Below, in pieces: positions 27,031 through 40,925 of a DNA stretch of 64,000 nt. Made by a program: the position numbers and the translations under genes. Position 1 is the first letter of the stretch; each line of letters opens with the position of its first letter. The DNA lies in the NCBI GenBank assembly GCA_951406725.2, contig OX597815.1:112406001-112470000 (forward strand). Reading direction: 5' to 3'. Under the pieces are notes generated by a model. It was not told where the DNA came from. It made no database searches and worked only from the letters and a program-made list of their open reading frames with translations. Source of the stretch: Octopus vulgaris (Eukaryota).

Positions 27031-27877
27031 ACACTGTAGGCGCAGCAGAAGTTTCTAGATCTAGGTGTTACAAGTTCGAGAGATATTTGTGGGGGTTCAG
27101 AATTATTTTATTTTATTTTGTAATTTTTAAAAGTTACCATTCGAATCACTTGGAAATTTTGCAGTTCGCAATTGGTACTATAGCTCTTATTCGAAATTAT
27201 TTATTCGCCATTGCATCCGTGTTTATTAATTTTTATTCGTGAACATTTTTCTTGCCATCCCTTTTATTTTTATTCGTATATATTTTTTCTTGCCATTCCT
27301 TTAATTTTTAATCACATTTTTAAATATTTTTTTATATATATTACTAACATAGTTTTTGTAAATTTAATTTTATTTGGAACACTATATAATACTAAAATAA
27401 TTTTTGTAAAATTTCGTATATTTTTTAGCATTTTTATTCCTTACTTTAGTTTTGTAACTTTTATGTTTGTAACTTTTCATTTTTATTTTATTTTTATTTG
27501 AATTTTTTTCTGAATTATGGCTTGTAGTCTAGCGTCCAGCGAGCCAAATTTAAATATACCTATTTTACACATACTTAAAGGCTTTAAAACTTAAGATATA
27601 GTTTATTGTATTGAACGTTGATAAAGTAATATAAGGGCCTGATAATTGGGGTTAACTTTTAAGAAGGGTTCTTGGAAAACACAGAGTGGTTTAGGAACCG
27701 GATGTACCTCACGAAACGGGTGTAGCTAAGTAATAAAACAGAAGCTATTCAAAATAAAAATTCTTTTTATATTGTGAGATGAAGGGGCCTACTATCTCTA
27801 GATTAAATATATATATATATAAGCTACTTACCACACAGCCACTCCTGCGTTTATATATGCATGTATATATATATATA

Positions 27878-28113
27878 TATAAACAAGAAAAAAGCAACAA
27901 GAATGGATTAGTTGTTCAGTACAATTGTTTCATACGAAGAACAGCTTTATTAAAAGCTGCAAATATTGCAGCAAATACAAGTGTACTGAACAACTAATCC
28001 ATACGGGACACTTTTATTTGCTGCAATATTTGCAGCTTTTAATAAAGCTGTTCTTCGTATGAAACAATTGTACTGAACAACTAATCCATTCTTGTTGTTT
28101 TTTTCTTATTTAT
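27878..28113. repeat. Near-perfect 106-bp-arm fold-back carrying hammerhead 3' halves
   Basis: Arms 27878-27984 and 28008-28113. GAAAC-AATT-GTA lies at 28061-28072 and is mirrored on the minus strand near 27920-27931. Confidence 0.92.
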
Positions 28114-28224
28114 AATCACCCCACATTATTTTATGGTTAATAGCATATAGATTTCTGGTGCATCTAAGTTAAGTACCGCATTCATGTGAATTCATTGGAA
28201 CTCACTTGAATCTTAATTGTTTTT

Positions 28225-28293
<69 letters not shown>

Positions 28294-29664
28294 GTATGTA
28301 TTTATATATATTTCTCCCATATCTCTAAAGTTTCCTCTCACGTCTTTCAGCAGATTAATGTCACAGCGCATCATTTAAGTGTTGGAATTTAATTCTGAAG
28401 TCTTTTATAAGCACGGGAGCAATACATCCCTTCTTTTTTGTTCGTTTTTTTTTATCATCTTGTAAATGTTTGGATATCTTGTAATGCTGTAGGAAATTTT
28501 ACATGTGGGTTTCTACTTAATTTCAAATTCACTTATCTGTTTTGTCTTTCTACTTATACTGCATATTAATTTATTTATTGAATTCATTATCAGTGATTCC
28601 CTCGGTTCTTCAACAAACATATACACAGAATTTTATCACGAAGCTGATTCAGGCCATTTTGAGGCGTCATTTACTATTCATATGCAAATTATCTCAAATT
28701 ATTTATGAAATAACTGCTTAAAGCTCTAATATATAATTTATTGGCATTATATTCCTGGTAAGTTGGTGTATTCAACCTCATAACACCGCCCACTACACAC
28801 ACATATATAAGTCGCGAGGCACAATGAGTAATATTTAATGTGTTTTTGACTGAGAAAAAATATATTTTCTCTAAATGTCCACTACTTACAGAATCTGTAT
28901 CAACTGAGCAAACGATATTCTCTTAATGCATTAAAAACATTATATCATAATCTGAACATTACTTCAGAAAACTATCTCCGTTCTCTTTGAGCATATAGAA
29001 GAAAAATGTAGCTAGGGCAAATGAATATAAAAAGATCAGTTAATTCAATTCTTCAATTCTTCAGAATTATATTTTTGAGAAAAGACTCATACATCAAAAG
29101 GATGAGCAAGAATTTTAAAAACTCCAGGTCAACTTGAAATATGATAATGGGGGGAAAAGGGCAACTAAATCTACGTACCCACAATAGAAGATTCTCTATA
29201 GTTTTTTCACGATTTGCTGGCATGGTTCTCTTCATAATCTATTTACGCACCATTGAGTTAAAAAGAAGAAACTATTGAAATTAGACATTTCTCGTATTTT
29301 GAAAATTTTAAATTATCAAATTAGACATAAGTGTGGAGAAAATTGATTTGCAATCAAAGAAAAAAATAAGAATATTGATTGTTAATTACCAAAAGTTATC
29401 CAGATATTTTATAAGCAACCTCGATTACATTCGGGTCAAAGTTGAAGGAAAATTTGGTCAAAAATAAGTACCTGTCTCTTGACTGTGATTCAGACTCTCT
29501 CAACTTTGAACAACAACAGCTATGCTGACCACTTTTTATTTTTTACAAAGGTGTTACAACAGTTGAAATTGATGATGCCATACATGCAATGTAATGGTCT
29601 CAAACATGTAGGAAGAAAATGAGACATCACAAATTACTCATTTTGCCCCGGCTATAACTCTTTT

Positions 29665-29989
29665 AGACTTTTATTTGTTTCAATCATTTAACTGCGACCA
29701 TGCTGAAGCACCACTTTTAGTCGAACAAATCGACCTCAGGACTTATTCTGTGTAAGCCTAGTGCTTATTTTATCGGTATCTTTTGCCGAACCACTAGTGT
29801 TACGAGGACGTAAACACCCCAGCATTGGTACAAACACACATACATATATACAACGGGCGTCTTTCATTTTCCATCTATCAAAGCCACGTAAGAGGCCTTG
29901 GTCGGCCCGAGGCTGTAGTAGAAGACACTCGCCTAAGGTGCCACGCAGTGGGACTGAATCTGGAACTATGTGGTTTGTAATCAAGCTAC
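29665..29989 (-). mobile_element. tRNA-derived SINE (body), split by the 29990-31740 insertion
   Basis: Homologous to 44978-45500 and 52140-52500. The missing head continues at 31741-31772. Confidence 0.8.
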
Positions 29990-31740
29990 CATTATTTCAT
30001 TTAATTGGCTATAAAAGCCGTACATAGAGGTAGTAGCTGCGGGCTGGACAATGACACAATGATGATGGAATAAAAGAAATGGTTGTTGGAGGAAACAAAC
30101 AACGCCTGCCGATTGTTGCATTTTCGAAAACATTGTTCTCTTTCTTTTTAACATCAAAACAAAATGAGGTATTGAACATCTTACCTCAGTTCAAAAATGG
30201 ACGAAATCGTCCTTACAAATTGTGGAGCTGAGCCTCTTATAAAAAAAACACAAGCAATACAAATTCAAATTGGGGCGCTAAGGCTTCTTATCTTCCCTCC
30301 CCGACCAGGCTATATGCCTCCCGCAGGCAAACCTGCAGTTCCAAGCCTGAGCTCCAGAAGGCAAACCTATATTGGTCCTTGGGAAAGGAGTCCATAACCC
30401 GGAAAATCTCCTCCTCCGTTATGACCTCCGTAGTTACCTGCGGAGGCCAATCCGGGTCTTCAAACCAGTACAGCAGCCCCTCCCTCCGGCTCTCTAGCTT
30501 CTTCAGAAAGCTCTGTATCACCCCGACCTTATGCAAGAATATCACAAAATCATACTTCATCACACTGGGAGGGGCCAACGAGGTTTCAGGACATGCCAGC
30601 AGGGTACTACTAACCACCGGCAATGTCCCATTCTTCTTTTTTTTTCTTTTTTCCTCCCTTGTGCTATGGGAGGGTGTAGTTCCTTCGCTTTATCCGGAGG
30701 ATCTGCTATCCCTCCCGCAGCCTTGGAGTCCTTCGGTAGCCAACCATATTTGCCCACCTTCTCCCTTTTTCCTTTTTTTCGAGGATGTCTCCGTCTCCTC
30801 GACTGCCAACATCTCTCCCTTTAAAGGGGGAGGGACACTACTTTTATTAACTGCTCCAGGACCCTACTTTGGTCCTGCGGACAGTTCTTAATATGGCCGG
30901 ATTCGAGGCACAGGTGACACTTGGTGTCCCTCAAGTATCACTGGATACCTGCAACCGGCCATTTTCAGGAAATTCGGAAATATCAGGTCTTTAGTGGCAG
31001 ATTGGGTCCATAGTGTCAAAACCGCTTTTGACCCCACCCAATCAGTCTCCGGCAGCAATTTCACATTTAAAAGCTTGGGCCCACTGCCACCCAGACACCG
31101 GTGGATAGTGTCCTCTATCCATTCCGGTTCAATGCCGTGTGGCAGCCAACAAACCCAAGCTCCTGTTAATTTCTTCCCCACAATACGTGGGAAGAAATAG
31201 AATATTTTGCTCTTCAAGGACTGGCTCGCAAATTTGCGAGCGACCTCAGGGGTGTCAAATAGAACGAAATTATTCTAAGTTGAGGACTTAGAATAATTTC
31301 GAAGGAAGACGAGGACCAACAGAAAAACAAGAAGTGAAAAAGAAAGAAGACAATTCTAAATACGGGAACACACAATTCCGACCAACAGGTGCTCCAAAAG
31401 TGAACAGGGTCACAGCAGCAGTAACACAACTTCAACAAAATTCGCCACAAATTGGAAGAAATTTTCCAAAAATTTCACAATTTTTAGAGGCGGGATACGC
31501 TCCCAAAACAACAGATTCTCACAATTACAGCACAACAACAGGCAGACACATGCCTCGGAACTCAGTAGGAATTACTTGTTCGAAAAAAATGGACAACAAA
31601 CAACAAACCCCCTCTACATCCCAAAATACCAAATATTTTACCTTATAGTTACGCCTTCTTAGTTCTTCATTTCAAGAGCGCTGCGAAAGCAACGTCTTGA
31701 CAATACCAGTGTATCAGTAAAATAACTAACGCATGCGCAA
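29990..31740 (-). mobile_element. ORF1-only (HAL1-like) non-LTR element with gag-type zinc knuckle
   Basis: TSD taatcaagctac (29978-89) / taagcaggctac (31741-52). Frameshifted ORF ~31217-30288 includes KCHLCLESGHIKNCP (~30887-30932). No RT. The 3' end CCTCTATGT + hairpin + AATTAAA resembles the Tx1 end at ~10097-10130. Confidence 0.7.
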
Positions 31741-31772
31741 TAAGCAGGCTACTTACCATGCAGCCACTTCTG
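31741..31772 (-). mobile_element. Displaced 5' head of the SINE at 29665-29989
   Basis: aggctacttaccatgcagccacttctgc matches the SINE head fragment aagctacttaccacacagccactcctgc at 27821-27848. Confidence 0.7.
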
Positions 31773-32068
31773 CAGTCAAAATATTAGCAACTTTTCCTTT
31801 CTCTTTAAGTTTACAAGTAATTACTATTCAATATATTCGGTTAGACGACTGTAATATACAGACTTTGTCAAATACATCAAAACATATATTCATATCTTCT
31901 ATTTGCCTGCAAAACAAATCATTCTGTCATTTCTTTTAGCACGTAAATTTCCTTTCAAATTTATTCCAGGGTCTTTGTTGTTAAATGCTACTGCTAAAAA
32001 TGTCAATAGTAGTTAAGAGAGAGTAAAGTAGAGCGTATGTGTGTACACACAAACATACATGTATATTA

Positions 32069-32115
<47 letters not shown>

Positions 32116-33139
32116 AGAGTTTGTGTGTATGCGCCCGCATATGTTGCTTATGTATTCGAAAACTTAGTTGCTGATTTTGTCGTATGAGGTATAATCTTTC
32201 TATCAGTCAACTATCGTAAACGGCATTTTATACCACCACCACCACGTCACATTTTCTATATGAGAGTGTATCTGTTAGTCACTGTGTGTGTGTGCGTGCG
32301 CGTTCGTTACGTGCGTTAGGTGGTGACTGAGAAGTATAAGTGTGTGAGTGTATGTGACGGTGTATGTGTCTGTCAGTATACATACATTTTTGTGACGACA
32401 GACACACAGATCTAAAGACAGAGACAGACACACTGAGGAATAGATTTTGAAAGAGTTTAGTTTAGTTGCAGCCTGGACATTGAACGAACAACAGTGTTCA
32501 ATTTGAACTACCACTGTTTGGATTTTCCTTTTCATCATGTGTGTTGTGGTTTAAACGGCTTTAACGTTATCACTACTTAAATGCTGAAATATGCTGTTTT
32601 TTATAACCAACATGAAAATTTGGCTGATTTGACTGTATTTACAACACTCGCAAAAATAATCTGAAAAAATGTTGCTCTGGTTATTATACCAAATTCGAAA
32701 GCTTTAGCGGCTCTTTCAATATAACTGGAGAAATGTTATTCCAGTCCTTATAACCAGTTTGAAGACAACGCCCTTTTAAGAGTCCTAGCGTCCTTATCGT
32801 ATTCCTGCTATGCAGCTTATAAGTGTGAGTATTCAACGCCACACAACCATTTTACTGTGTGAGTAAAATATAGTGATGTCAAATTAATTTTATATTTTGC
32901 CACTTACATCTTTCAGCAAATGTTTTAAATTAATTAAAGATCACAACAGCAACATATTCCTTTGCAAACAGTTTGTCCAGCGTTCGTTTGAAAATTGTAA
33001 AATAATGAATTATTTTTGTATGAAAAATTGAATTATGCCTTCTGAATTTCCTGGAGATTGACTTTCTTCACCGTGATATTCAATCCTGAATTTTATAACA
33101 TTTAGCACACGATTCAAATAAAAGTTGACTTTCTATACT

Positions 33140-33860
33140 TTGTTACATGGGCAACGCATCGTAATGCTTGCATCATCATTCACAGGTGGTTTTCGATATA
33201 TGCACAAACAAACACAAGGTGCTATGATATATGTCAGAACATATGGAAAACCAGATCCATTTATCACTTTCACCTGCAATCCTAAATGGGAGTAAATAAA
33301 ATCTAACCTACCAGTGTTGCAATTTCTGATATTGTATCTACCCTCCACAATAGGGGACGAACAGTTCATTCCATGATCAAGCTCCCTCTAAAACTGGCAA
33401 TGGCTCATTGTTTGGGATGACTGCACTGTTACATCGTAGGTGCTTGACCGTACCCTCCAAGACATAAAAAATATAGAACGCTCGTGGAAGGAGTAACAGT
33501 TCCTCTGGCAGAAGATTTTCGTCAAACGTTGCCAATTATCCCCAAAGGATCAAAAGCCGATGAGGGCAATGCATGCTTCAAAATGTCGTACTTCTGGAGA
33601 CGTGGAAAAACTTCGTCTTACAAGCAACATCACAGTACTTCTACAAGGTGATCATACGAGCTTCTTAAGATTGATAATGAGATATCAACATTCAACTCAA
33701 GACTTCAGCTATATGAAATTACATGCGGTCAAATGATACTTGCTCTTAGAGATCTAATGGATAAAGTATTTCCTAATTTATCTGTCAATTACAATGAGGT
33801 TAACTTGCTATGTGAAAGAGCTATACTAGCTCCAACTAATGAAGTTCTCTTATACACCAA
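33140..33860 (+). mobile_element. Helitron Rep/helicase pseudogene fragment
   Basis: LASSFTGGFRYM..AMIYVRTYGKPDPFITFTCNPKW (Rep, ~33165-33290), then Pif1 motifs LIVWDD, DRTLQD, DFRQTLPIIPKG and CERAILAPTN. Confidence 0.85.
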
Positions 33861-35918
33861 ATGGGCCAACAGCTAGGACAAAAGCACATACAGGAATGGT
33901 GATGTGAAACACCCCAAACTAAGGAAATCAGAAAGACCTTGGTGGTGCTCCAGCATGACCCCAGCCGCACGGCTGAAATTAGTAAAAGAGTATATGTGTG
34001 TATATATAAAGGGAGAGAGGGGGGAAAGAGAGATTGTAACAGCATTATACAGATGGAGATTCTAAAATTCAGCTTATAAAATGAAACCTCACCTCTAAAC
34101 TATTTAGTGATTGACAGAAACACAAGAATTTCCCCGAGTAAGATATCTGTCTTTATTTTATTCCATACAAGAAACAAAATGTAGACAGCAAGTAGATGGC
34201 GAGAATGGGAAAGAGCAGAAAGGAAATAATAAACGAATATAAAGACGGGGAAATAGAACACGAGGAAACATGGAAAGAAGATTGAGAAAGAACGCAGAGG
34301 TATTAAGATAATGTCCTATGTGACAATATTAGCGTTATGAATAAAGCATATGATTATTTGAGAGAAGTGTGAAGCTTATAATTACGTAACTAACTAAATG
34401 ATGAACGTTGTCTGCAAGAAAAACAACAAAGATTAAAGTAACTTAGCAATGTTTTCGGGAATAAGAGTACGCAGCATCACAGTAATATAAGAAAAGGAAG
34501 AAAATTAAAAGACGGGTTCAGAAGGAAAGATGCACATATAATACAACAAAATACAATACAAGAGATAGATCTTGATTCACCTGAGCAAAAGCAAGTGTGT
34601 ACACAAAATTCAATGGGCAAATTCCAGTTTGCTTTGTCTTGTTTTTTGTTTTGCTTTTTCGAATTATATAAAGTACAGATATCAGTTTATAAGTTTGCTG
34701 TTTCCTGCGAAATAAGATTTAAAGCTATTTAGCAACTAGAAGGCCTCTGACTCAAAGTGTCAGAAATGATAAACCGCGTTTTATTGCATAGGATGGGATA
34801 TTTATAGCATTTCAGGGAGCTTCCATAAAAATATTGAAATATTTCAACGGCTTGTATACAGAATAATATTCATGATATGATGATGAATTTTCAGAAATAG
34901 TTCATAGCAAGAATTTAAGATGAATAGACTTGTCAATGAGAAGATTGTTTCATAGATGCAGAAGCAGCATGTTTCAAATCTTCATTAATCCGCATGCTGT
35001 GCTTTCATCTTTCAGTGTCCAGACGTGCTGAGAAGTGGTATAAACTTAACGCCTGGAATTTAATTTTAATATAAGTATAAACGCAGTGTGGTTACTTAGG
35101 ATATATGATTTACATTTAGACCTCTAAAATATCATTAACCAGTACACCACAATCTTGAATATACTTAATATAACACAGTAGTTTCAATGCTAGCACGACA
35201 CACCAAACATATCATGCCAAAATGGAAAATCACTATATTGCTACAAAGCTAAAAGAGTATGATTAAAGCTATCTTATATGCATGCTAATAGTAACATATT
35301 TAGGAAAGTCAATATTCTTTCTACTCCTAGATCTAAATTCATCCGCAAAATATTACCACATTACCAACAACGTCTTCTATATGGATGACTGGTAACTATT
35401 TACTCGGATAAATAATCAACTGGAGAGAAAATCAATTTTTCACGAATTCAGCCAGGATACAAAAGTGAGTACGTTTGACACGTCTAAGAACCAAAATAAA
35501 TAAAATTAAGAACATTAAAAATATATCCAAAAGATGATATAAGAGTATGAGAACAGACGCATCCACATGTCACTGCTAAAGAAATCAAAATAAGCTAGAA
35601 ATATTATGGCTACATTATGGCTACACTAATCATCTCAGTTATATACAAACTGCTTATGATAATAAATTAAATGTTAAGTGAATTAAAGAGGTTACATTAT
35701 AAAACTTATACCCAAATAAATTACGAATTCATAACTCAAAAGAAGATTCACAGCTAGAGGGAGATAAAGGGAATAATTTCGTACGGATTGCAAATTACTA
35801 TAATCTAAGAACAGTGGTATCTAAAAATTAATTGAAATCATTGGTGTAGTTATGAAATATGGAGAAAAGCAGGGGACGTCTCCCTCCCTCACTTTCACTT
35901 TGCATATATGTATGTACG

Positions 35919-35968
<50 letters not shown>

Positions 35969-36238
35969 AAAAATTTACGAAAAAAGCAAAAGACGAAGAC
36001 AGGTGGTGTACAAAACAAACAGATGTATTAGTATAACGCTCAGGAATAGAAAAAGTCTTTTACGTTTTGAGCTTACGCTCTTCTACAGAATCGTACACAG
36101 AAAAAAACAATGAGAGGAACAAGGAGAGAAAAGATGTGTGTAGTGGATAACGATCTATCATGGCGACTAGTGCCGGACAGGAGAAGGAAAGTAGGGGAGG
36201 TAACAAGGTAAAGATGACCACCAACACAGAGGAGCCCC

Positions 36239-36240
<2 letters not shown>

Positions 36241-36272
<32 letters not shown>

Positions 36273-36330
36273 GGACAGAGAGAGGGACAGACAGACAGAC
36301 AGATAGATAGACAGACAGATAGATAGATAA

Positions 36331-36408
<78 letters not shown>

Positions 36409-36410
36409 GC
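36241..36410 (+). repeat. Compound (AT)(AG)(ACAG)(ATAG)n microsatellite
   Basis: Direct reading. Confidence 0.9.
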
Positions 36411-37189
36411 ACATGCATGTTTGTATGTGCGCGCGCGCATGTATGTATTAGGAAACAATAACGTAGTTACTCGTAGCTACCATCGTTAGAAGAAAATATA
36501 TATAGGAGAAAATTGAAAACAACAGACAAGAGAAAATTAATATGGACATCTTTACTCCTAGAATATTAAAGAAAACAAAATACATTTAAAAGCACAGCCA
36601 GCTTCAGATCCGATTTAGATCCGACGGCGAGGAAGAAATCCAACGTGATCAAAAGCTCTAAGCTAGTAAGAAAATTGGATTGTCTGATTTCAGCTGCACG
36701 GTAGTAATGTCTGGACAAAAATAAGTATGAAAACAATAATGAAAAAAGAGATGATAATATATGCAGATCATGCAACCAAAGCAATGCAACATCAGCCAAT
36801 CTTATCTTCGCTACCAGGTTTGTGCAGTTAGTTTATCCAGGTAGACCATCCAGTTGAGAGTTATGTCTTTTGAGCAATATCATTTTACTTTGACATGAAA
36901 ACTGTGAAGATGTGCGACAGATAGGGTAAGAAAAAACGGCAATTTACACCTGCTTATTCACAGTCATTTGGGACATGCCAGTCCAAATAAATAGGGTGAT
37001 CAAGGGGCATTAACCAGATGCATGTATCAATGATAAATTCGAAATTCACTGTATATTCACATACATCTCGATCACTTTATACTAAATTTTTGCTCAGAAT
37101 GTAGATAAAAACGTTCAAATTACAATCTTCTGAGAATGAAAATAAGGAAGACACCACTTTTAAACAGTTCTATTCTATAATAATAATAA

Positions 37190-37727
37190 TGAGATTATTG
37201 TATACATTGCTCAGGCGCACCACAACTTGTCAGAAAGTGTGTATAAAGTATATGCAGTAATGTACAAATGTCTGGAAAGCGAACAATGTATGAGTCAGAT
37301 ACATGCTTGTGTGTGTATGGAGGGGAGAAAATCAGGTGTAGTGTTGACGAATCTCAGAAAGCATGGAAGGTTTGAAGGATGCAGTGCTCCGACAACTAAC
37401 AACTTATGCCGGCAGTGTGTTCCATGCTTCAGCAACTCTCAGCGTGAAAAATGTTTCCTAAAGTCATGGGAGCCGTGCTGTTTTCTGACTTTGTAAATAT
37501 GTCCACGGGTGTTAGACGGGTGGAGTTTGAAAAGGTGCTCAGAGTTATTGTTTGTAAGATGGTTAATAATTTTATGGGTCCCTGCCAAGTCACTTGCCAG
37601 ACGTCGGAGTTTCAATGTGTCCATGCCCAGGGAAGTAAGGCGTTCAGAATATGGCAAATGCCTGATGGAGGGTATTCTTTTGGTTGCACGTAGCTGAACG
37701 GCTTCCAGACGATTAATATCCTGGGCT
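37190..37727 (-). mobile_element. 3' end of CR1-clade LINE
   Basis: QDINRLEAVQLRATKRIP..PYSERLTSLGMDTLKLRRL..DL..HKII..NTRGHIYKV..FRKHF (ORF 37439-37657), then a 3' UTR and an (ATT)n tail. Confidence 0.88.
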
Positions 37728-38199
37728 TCTATATCTCAATTCCTAAATACCGCATTTAAAAACTTTCTCTCAAGCGCTCATAGTCAGAAGAGGAAACTTC
37801 TTGGACACCAATAAAGGTGAACATCAACGTTAAAAAAAGAAGAAAGAAAGGAATTTCAAAAATTCAATCTTAAGTCGAAATCGAAGCAGACTCAATTTTT
37901 CAGTATTGTAAACGCATTATGACAAACAAAAACTATTTCTGAAACAACTTGCCTATGTATATATCTTTCTGAAACAAATTGTCTAAGTATGCATCTTTCT
38001 TTTATTACTGTGATATCGTCTCCACCTACACCCTCTCTCCATTCTCTCACGCTCTCTCGTTCTCTCTCATTTTCTCTTCCCTCCATCTCTCTCTCTCCCT
38101 CTCGCTCTCACTTGCTCTCTCTGTCATTCAATTCTTTGCCATATAATTTATATATAGTAAATGAATACGCATACGTTTATATAAAAAATAGAAATATCA

Positions 38200-38311
38200 A
38201 CTATTTGTGTATATGTGCATATATTTACGTGTGTATGTGTATATACATATGTCTATATATATATATGTATATTATATGTATATATATATACATACACATA
38301 TATATATATAC

Positions 38312-38351
<40 letters not shown>

Positions 38352-38438
38352 ATATATATATACACACACACAAATATATATATATATATATATACACCTG
38401 TATTTATGTGTATATGTGTTCCTATAAAGATGGTTGGG

Positions 38439-38518
<80 letters not shown>

Positions 38519-38521
38519 GAG

Positions 38522-38578
<57 letters not shown>

Positions 38579-38632
38579 CATAGATAGATACATAGATAGA
38601 TACATAGATAGATACATAGATAGATAGATACT
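38200..38632 (+). repeat. Compound AT/AC and (GATA)n microsatellite
   Basis: Direct reading. Confidence 0.9.
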
Positions 38633-39423
38633 CAGACATATACATTAACACATTGAAGTATGAGGATGTATGGGTTTGTGGTGTATGAGTGTGCGTCTGT
38701 GTGTGCCTCAGTATGTGGGTCTAAATGCGTCTGTGATTGGGTAAATGTACTAAACAGCGCCCCATAAGTACATTTTAAAATAAAGCCTAACCTGCTTTAT
38801 ATAAAGAAGTCACATGAGAGGCTATACAAATATAACCATTCCGGTGGGACTGAAAGCCACGTTTCTTCGTTTATGCCTACGCGCTCGACAGGAATACACC
38901 TTTCATATTAGCATCTTTGTACCCACAAGCATCAAATTTCAAAAGAAGCGCATGTGCAGTTCGTGTCCCGCCTGTGTATTTTGATTCGACTTCATTAGAT
39001 CACAAAATCTCGTCCTCGCCATAAAACGCTGAGAGTAGTGGCCAAATGTAGCAGCGCTCGGATCACTTTATTGGGAGTTAGCAATTCAATTTATAATTAT
39101 GAATATTAGTTATAAAGAAGATAGGTAAAGTTTATTGCTACTTAAATAAGAATGCACAATCATGTAGATGTTTGCAACTTCAAAACAAAGCAAACGTGCT
39201 CATGCGAAACCGCACACACACACACACAGACAGACATACAGACAGACAGACAGATATTCGCGCGCGCATACAAAATACACACGCACGTTCACCTGCGAGA
39301 GAAAAAAAAATAGAATTCTATGAAAGGCACACTTGGAAAAAAAAATAGAAACTCAGAAAGCTGGTATGGCTCGAACTAACGTTGTTATGATACACTTAGT
39401 TTTAAAGTATATAGAAGCACACA

Positions 39424-39457
<34 letters not shown>

Positions 39458-39477
39458 TTCTTGGTATATTTTGAAAC

Positions 39478-39690
39478 TTTGGCACAGGGCCAGAAATTTG
39501 AGGGGAGTTGTGTAAGTCGATTATATCGACCCCCGCCTAAATACTTAAATAGTACTTATGCTATCGAGTACCCGAAAGGATGATAAGCGATGACCTATGC
39601 GAAATTTGAACTGGGAACGTAACGAGTAGAGAGAAATGATGCTAAATATTTTGTCCGACGTGCTAACGATACTACCAGCTCGCCTCCTTA
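39478..39690 (-). mobile_element. SINE
   Basis: Minus-strand head aaggaggcgagctggtagtatcgttagcac..cagttcaaatttc matches the 43241 copy aggcaagcgagctggcagagtcgttcgcac..gagttcaaatctc. Confidence 0.7.
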
Positions 39691-39699
39691 ATACACACG

Positions 39700-39741
<42 letters not shown>

Positions 39742-39757
39742 TACTTACATACATGCA

Positions 39758-39805
<48 letters not shown>

Positions 39806-39938
39806 GATAGACGTTACAGTTTACGTAGTTATACACGCAGATACACACAGAAAAACACACACGCACAGACAAAACACACGCATGTATCAACATATGTGTG
39901 TGCGTGTGTGTGTGCGCGCGTGTATGTGGATGTGTGCA

Positions 39939-39977
<39 letters not shown>

Positions 39978-40231
39978 GTGCGTGTGTGTATCTTTTTATC
40001 TACGTCTATCACTTTATAGGTAGGTAACTGCATTTCTTTGTTGATTTACAGCTTTCTTTTCTTCGATTTATGTTATTCTTTTACGTTTTTCTTTTCATAT
40101 TCGTTTTCCATTCCTCTGCCTTCCCCCCTCCTTATCTCTTTGGTCTCTCCATTTCTTTTTCTCCGTTTCCCACTTTCATTCACTTCCTCCTCCGTTTCGA
40201 ACAACCTCTCTCATTGCTTTACTGCCATTTA

Positions 40232-40298
<67 letters not shown>

Positions 40299-40534
40299 GC
40301 TCATTCTCTGTCTTTTTCAAGCTTTGTTAATTTCTCTGTTACACTCTCCCACACTCTCTGTCTTAATTTAGTCCTCTATCTAGTTCTCTATCTTTGTTGT
40401 ATCTATCCTGCCGATTACCTAACTATCCATCCATCTATTTATCTCGGTTTGTGAGTCTAATTGGCTGACTTGCCTCAATTTCTTATCTCTGCTCTCCTTT
40501 TACATTACGTCTAAGCACACACACATTTTCTCTG

Positions 40535-40583
<49 letters not shown>

Positions 40584-40674
40584 TTTTGTCTACCAGTTAT
40601 TTCTCAGTCCGTCTATACTTTTTCGCTCACCTCCTCTTCGCTATTTACCAGGGTAGTTCAAAACATTACACCGC

Positions 40675-40925
40675 TTGCACGTTGTTGCTGACACTGATGT
40701 TGTTTTGTATAATAAAACCGATCCCGCCGCTGTTGTTGTCGTTGTTCTTACTGCTGCTAGTGATGCTGGTGCTGGAACTTCCGTTTCTGTTTTTCTAACT
40801 ACTACTTCAGTTATTTGTGTTGTTGCTGTTGTAAGTTCTGCTGTCGCCGCTGCTGCTACTTTTGTTGTTGTTACTTCTGCTGCTGATGCTACGGGTGCTG
40901 CTGCTGCTGATGCTGCTGTTGCAAT
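40675..40925 (+). repeat. Degenerate (GCT/GTT)n trinucleotide region
   Basis: Mixed CTG/TTG triplets. Confidence 0.7.

Noticed and set aside
34900-36800. Faint hAT-like strings and an FYMDD at ~35376-35390
   Set aside because: Too decayed to assign without alignment; probably old transposon debris.
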